Assembly: GCA_030645735.1 (NCBI GenBank)
Contig: JAUSNP010000004.1
Span: forward strand, 10,739-74,738
Source of the DNA: Candidatus Moraniibacteriota bacterium
GTDB taxonomy: Bacteria > Patescibacteriota > Minisyncoccia > Moranbacterales > UBA2206
Direction: 5' to 3'
DNA length: 64,000 nucleotides
The position numbers were made by a program, and so were the translations under genes. Shown piece by piece: positions 59,774 to 64,000 of the stretch (within the stretch, counting starts at the first letter, position 1; each line of letters starts with the position of its first letter). Under the pieces are notes generated by a model that did no database searches, was not told the origin of the DNA, and saw nothing but the letters and a program-made list of their open reading frames with translations.

Positions 59774-60847
59774 CTATCGAAGCAACGACTGGAAATCACC
59801 TGGATTTTTCGCGAAGGAAACAGCAGTGTCAATGGAGATTATTCCTCGTCTTGCAAAATCAGCTAGAGATTTATCCATAGTCACCATGCCTTGATCAGAA
59901 CCTGTTTCAATTATATTATCTATTTGATAAGTCTTGCCTTCGCGAATCAAATTTTCAATAGCATGATTTTTAATCATAATTTCCACCGCTGGAATTCGCC
60001 CGCCATCAACTTTTGGAACCAATCTTTGTGAAATTACGCCCAAAAGTGAATTTGCAAGCTGAGCGCGCACTTGATTTTGTTGATGAGACGGGAAAACATC
60101 AATGATTCGATCAATTGTTTGCGCCGCATCATTCGTGTGCAGTGTGGCAAAAATCAAATGTCCGGTTTCCGCTCCAGTCATAGCAATGCTGATACTATCC
60201 AGATCTCGCAATTCGCCCACCAAAACTACATTGGCGTCCTCACGAAAAACTGCTTTAAGCGCCGATTGAAATGACTTGGAATCTTGATAGACTTCTCTTT
60301 GATTGATAATGCTTTTGTCCTGCTCATATATATATTCAATTGGATCTTCGATAGTGATGATGTGCTTTTCTTGGTTATGATTTATCTCATTAATGAGAGC
60401 TGCCAGGGTTGTGGATTTTCCATGTCCCACCGGTCCTACTACCAACACAAGTCCTTGCGTAAATTTAGTGAAATCATACAGAACTTCTGGCATATTCAGT
60501 TCATCCAGACGCCTAATTTCTTTCGGAATAAGCCGCATCGCTACACTAACATAACCTTGTTGAAAAAATATGTTTACACGAAATCTAGCCTTGTCCTCAA
60601 AATTGTATGACAAGTCAATTTGCCCTTCGGCTAAAAACTTTTTCTTTTTTTCTTCACCCAAAATCACATCTGCCATAGCCTGCGTGTCTGCTGGAGTCAG
60701 AATGCCATCTTGATTCAATGGAAAGAGACGTCCATCAACTCGCAAAGTAGGATGCCTACCTACCACTAAGTGCAGATCTGATGCTCCTTGTTGCGCCACC
60801 AGTCTCATTAAATTTTTTATTTGCTGTTCAGTATGTACTGTCCCCAT
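59774..60847 (-). CDS. pilT: Retraction ATPase PilT
   Basis: ASDLHL, GP.G.GKSTTL, TIEDPIEY, AETGHL..TLHT, AIENLIRE. Confidence 0.9.
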   Translation of the reverse strand: MGTVHTEQQIKNLMRLVAQQGASDLHLVVGRHPTLRVDGRLFPLNQDGILTPADTQAMADVILGEEKKKKFLAEGQIDLSYNFEDKARFRVNIFFQQGYVSVAMRLIPKEIRRLDELNMPEVLYDFTKFTQGLVLVVGPVGHGKSTTLAALINEINHNQEKHIITIEDPIEYIYEQDKSIINQREVYQDSKSFQSALKAVFREDANVVLVGELRDLDSISIAMTGAETGHLIFATLHTNDAAQTIDRIIDVFPSHQQNQVRAQLANSLLGVISQRLVPKVDGGRIPAVEIMIKNHAIENLIREGKTYQIDNIIETGSDQGMVTMDKSLADFARRGIISIDTAVSFAKNPGDFQSLLR

Positions 60848-60948
60848 AAAATTTCACTCTCACATCAATCAAGGATCTAAAAAAATTAATCCAAAATATA
60901 ATCCGAGGTAGGTTTATTTTTTATTTTATACTTTTTTATTTATATGGC

Positions 60949-61353
60949 TTAATCTATGTCAGAGACTTGCTCTTCTTTATCTAAATAAATTCTAATCTTT
61001 GCTAGAACCTCGGATGGCGTGAAATGCGATTTAATTAAATAGTCATCTGCGCCTAAAATCATCCCCTGGTCGATATCCTCCTTCTGACTTAAATTTGTCA
61101 ACAAAATTATTGGGATTTTTTTCAACCTGTCATTATTTTTTATTTTCTCCAAAACTTCCAGTCCGTTTACGAACGGCATTATGATATCTAACAAAATAAG
61201 ATCTGGTTTGCAATCAATTTTTTCTAGTTTTTCCAATGCCTCCATTCCGTTATTAGCCGCTATAATGTCAAAGCCTTCTAGAGACAACTTCGTTTGGTAA
61301 ATATCCATCACGAAAGAATCGTCCTCAATAATCATGATAGTTTTTTTTGCCAT
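60949..61353 (-). CDS. Single-domain response regulator receiver
   Basis: IEDD, PDLILLDIIMP..NG, LTN, GADDYLIK. Confidence 0.92.
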   Translation of the reverse strand: MAKKTIMIIEDDSFVMDIYQTKLSLEGFDIIAANNGMEALEKLEKIDCKPDLILLDIIMPFVNGLEVLEKIKNNDRLKKIPIILLTNLSQKEDIDQGMILGADDYLIKSHFTPSEVLAKIRIYLDKEEQVSDID

Positions 61354-61369
61354 ATCTTTTTCTTATTAA

Positions 61370-63034
61370 TTAGTTATTTTCTTCTTCGAGAGAAACCCGG
61401 CTTTCTGTGACCCTTTCAATCTCCTCAATTGTTGTCTTGCCCAAAAATGCCTTCAAAATCCCATCTTGTCGCATCGTTAAAAACCCTAGCCTATCTCGTT
61501 CTTCGGTCAATAGATTTTCATTGCCTCTTTTCTCAATAATAATATTTCGCATAGCTTCTGTTATTCTAACGACCTCAAAAATAGCTAGCCGTCCGCTAAG
61601 CCCCGTGCCATTGCAGGCATCACAGCCACTGCCCTTGAAAAACTTAATTTCTTTTGACAAATCTATGCCATATTTATTCAATTCATCTGTCGAAATATTC
61701 TCCACTTCTTTCATAAGCATATCTCTAGTAGATTCTGCCAGATCAACTTCAATTTTGCAGTTTTCACAAATTTTTCGCACCAATCTTTGCGCCATCACAA
61801 GTCGCAGTGATGATGATAGCAAAAATGGCTCAATGCCCATGTCAATCATTCGTGGAATTGCCCCGATTGCCGTGTTGGTGTGCAAAGTTGAAAACATCAG
61901 ATGACCAGTGAGCGCAGCATGAACTGCCAATTCGGCTGTTTCACCATCGCGAATTTCTCCAACCATAATGATGTTCGGGTCTTGTCGCAAAATCGTGCGC
62001 AGTCCCGAGGCAAAGGTGTAGCCAATTTCTGGTTTGATTTGACTTTGATTTAGACCCTCAATATTATATTCGATTGGATCCTCCAAGGTTATAATATTCC
62101 GTTCCTCATTGTTCAAAATTTTTAGCATTGCATACAGAGTTGTCGATTTTCCTGAACCAGTTGGACCAGTCATCAAAATCATTCCATAGGTTTCTTTGAT
62201 AGCAGCCTGCATATTTTCTAAGGCTAAGCCCATCAGCCCCATTGATTCAACATCGCTCACGCCCTTATCCTTATCTAAGATTCTCATCACAATCTTTTCA
62301 CCATCAATAACTGGCAAGGTCGAAACACGAAAATCTATTGGATTGCCATTGTGCGAAAGTTGAAAACGACCATCCTGCGGCTTTCTTTTTTCATCAATTT
62401 TCAAATTGGAAAGAATTTTTATTCTCGATATTACAACTGGTCCGATTTCTTTGGGAATAATCAGACTCACATGCAAAACTCCATCTACCCGAAATCTCAC
62501 TCGGTAATCCCTGTCCATTGGCTCAATGTGAATATCACTGGCGTGTCCTTCAATCGCATGGCTCACAATAACTTGCACTAACTTCGCTACAGGAGCTTCT
62601 TTAAGGATTTGCTCATTGCTCCGATCAGTGTGGCTGGAATCACTGGCCTCATCAAATTTAACATCTTCAGAAAATGACCTGACTGCCTCCTTGACCATCT
62701 CTGCCGGTCCAGCATAAAAGGCAAACAACTCTTCAAGAATTTTTTCAGAAACTAAATAAATATTAATTTCCCTTTTTTCCTTCTCCGCAATGAAGCGCAA
62801 CATATTGAGCGCGTTTATATCCTGCGGATCAATCATAGCAACCTGTATAGCGTTGCTATCTCTTCCAAATACCACGATTCTGTTTTTCTTAGCAACTTCT
62901 TCGGGGATAATATTAATAACACTATTATCAATAACTTTAGGCGTCTTATCTAAATAGGCCACGCCTAATGAGGCCGCCTTGCTTGCGAAATCATCTCGTT
63001 CAGCTTGAATATTATTATTTTTGATATCACTCAT
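61370..63034 (-). CDS. pilB: Assembly ATPase PilB/GspE
   Basis: ASDIHIEP, EKRKPQDGR, GPTGSGKSTTLY, LRQDP.IIMVGEIRD, tetracysteine motif. Confidence 0.93.
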   Translation of the reverse strand: MSDIKNNNIQAERDDFASKAASLGVAYLDKTPKVIDNSVINIIPEEVAKKNRIVVFGRDSNAIQVAMIDPQDINALNMLRFIAEKEKREINIYLVSEKILEELFAFYAGPAEMVKEAVRSFSEDVKFDEASDSSHTDRSNEQILKEAPVAKLVQVIVSHAIEGHASDIHIEPMDRDYRVRFRVDGVLHVSLIIPKEIGPVVISRIKILSNLKIDEKRKPQDGRFQLSHNGNPIDFRVSTLPVIDGEKIVMRILDKDKGVSDVESMGLMGLALENMQAAIKETYGMILMTGPTGSGKSTTLYAMLKILNNEERNIITLEDPIEYNIEGLNQSQIKPEIGYTFASGLRTILRQDPNIIMVGEIRDGETAELAVHAALTGHLMFSTLHTNTAIGAIPRMIDMGIEPFLLSSSLRLVMAQRLVRKICENCKIEVDLAESTRDMLMKEVENISTDELNKYGIDLSKEIKFFKGSGCDACNGTGLSGRLAIFEVVRITEAMRNIIIEKRGNENLLTEERDRLGFLTMRQDGILKAFLGKTTIEEIERVTESRVSLEEENN

Positions 63035-63073
63035 ATATAATGATTTACGATGTTGGGAGGATAAGCGAGCTGA

Positions 63074-63811
63074 TTATAGGACGAATGGGTTCGATCTACC
63101 CAGGGATCCTGCGTCAACTTTAGACATATCTACGCTTGTTTTATTTTTAATATCTTCTACCACATTCATATCAAATTTTCCATCTGCGAATATCTTTCTG
63201 TCGACATTGGCAACCGATGTAATCTTATTTAAATAATTGAAGGTTACTATCACTTTCGCCATCAGCGTATCATCATCAGCATTAGCGTCTCTTTTTATTT
63301 CGAGAGCTGAAATATTATTAAATCTTTTTAACGCGGATAATAATAAAATAAATTTCTTTATTTCTCCATAATCACCAGCGATTTCAATTTCAACTTTAAA
63401 ATTATCAACTAAACTCTCGGTTGACGGGGCATCCAACATCCCATCAACAACTTCTGCATTTTTAATCTTAGCATCTTTCAACACATCTTTTGTTGATATG
63501 CTGGCAATCAAAAGATCCGCTGATGAAGCTATGGAGTTTAAGCTATTAATGACCTCTTCATCTTGTTTTGCATCTGGCAAATACTGACGCAGCACTGTCT
63601 GCTGATCAGAGTTATAGTTCAAATCATTTGCAAGCTTAACTGCGTTCTCCCCCTTCATATTTATATCAACCAGCCTAGCCTCAGCTTTTACTAAGTTATC
63701 TTTGGCAGAATTAACACCATTTTGGCCAGCATATGCTGGAATAATAACCCAAATGACCAAATACAATCCGTACAACATTATTACAGGAGCAAACAATAAT
63801 TTTAATTTCAT
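63074..63811 (-). CDS. pilO: PilO-like protein
   Basis: N-terminal TM, coiled coil, LP, G.Y..I..F...L....R; position in the pil operon. Confidence 0.75.
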   Translation of the reverse strand: MKLKLLFAPVIMLYGLYLVIWVIIPAYAGQNGVNSAKDNLVKAEARLVDINMKGENAVKLANDLNYNSDQQTVLRQYLPDAKQDEEVINSLNSIASSADLLIASISTKDVLKDAKIKNAEVVDGMLDAPSTESLVDNFKVEIEIAGDYGEIKKFILLLSALKRFNNISALEIKRDANADDDTLMAKVIVTFNYLNKITSVANVDRKIFADGKFDMNVVEDIKNKTSVDMSKVDAGSLGRSNPFVL

Positions 63812-63843
63812 AATGTTATCGACTCAAAAGAGTCATATTTAAA

Positions 63844-63999
63844 TTATTTAGATCTTATGCTGATTGAAAAATTAATTTTCCCATTTTCTCCTATTTTAGC
63901 GCTTCCAATGGTTACATCTGAAAAGGCTTCTGAATGCTTGAAACTCAAAATCTGTCTAGCTATGGCATCATAATTATCAGCTATGCATTCTAATTCAAG
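63844..63999 (-). CDS. 3' end of a PilN-like protein (truncated by window edge)
   Basis: Open frame LELECIADNYDAIARQILSFKHSEAFSDV...INFSISIRSK*; upstream of pilO. Confidence 0.6.
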   Translation of the reverse strand, partial: LELECIADNYDAIARQILSFKHSEAFSDVTIGSAKIGENGKINFSISIRSK

Positions 64000-64000
64000 T

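Overview
A 64-kb bacterial chromosome segment with low GC and nearly all genes on the minus strand. Gene content suggests a Patescibacteria (CPR), Parcubacteria-like genome; this is inferred from the type IV pilus locus, giant surface proteins, 16S-unlinked rRNA genes with insertions, and tRNAs lacking encoded CCA. The housekeeping backbone includes rplY, rodA, gyrB, gatA/gatC, ligA, 23S-5S rRNA with its own tandem promoters and two hairpin insertions, three tRNAs, and a pilN/O/B/T/C/A/D plus minor pilin cluster. Three giant paralogous fibre-like genes (1499, 2109, 2447 aa) share mosaic C-termini. One contains an in-frame array of AT-rich modules separated by a DNA-conserved, GC-rich 24-bp repeat (GGCAACGTCGGCATCGGGACGACG). 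A ~12.6-kb element (35780-48420) is integrated at the 3' end of tRNA-Asp. Its attachment site lies inside the serine recombinase gene, so excision would replace an 7-aa tRNA-derived tail with a different in-frame 38-aa tail found at the other end. The element carries a type III RM operon with extra genes and a trypsin-like protease. Several families of small palindromic, heptamer or nonamer repeats are dispersed between genes and inserted in frame into ligA, pilin leaders, pilD and a TPR protein. All calls are by eye, without database searches.
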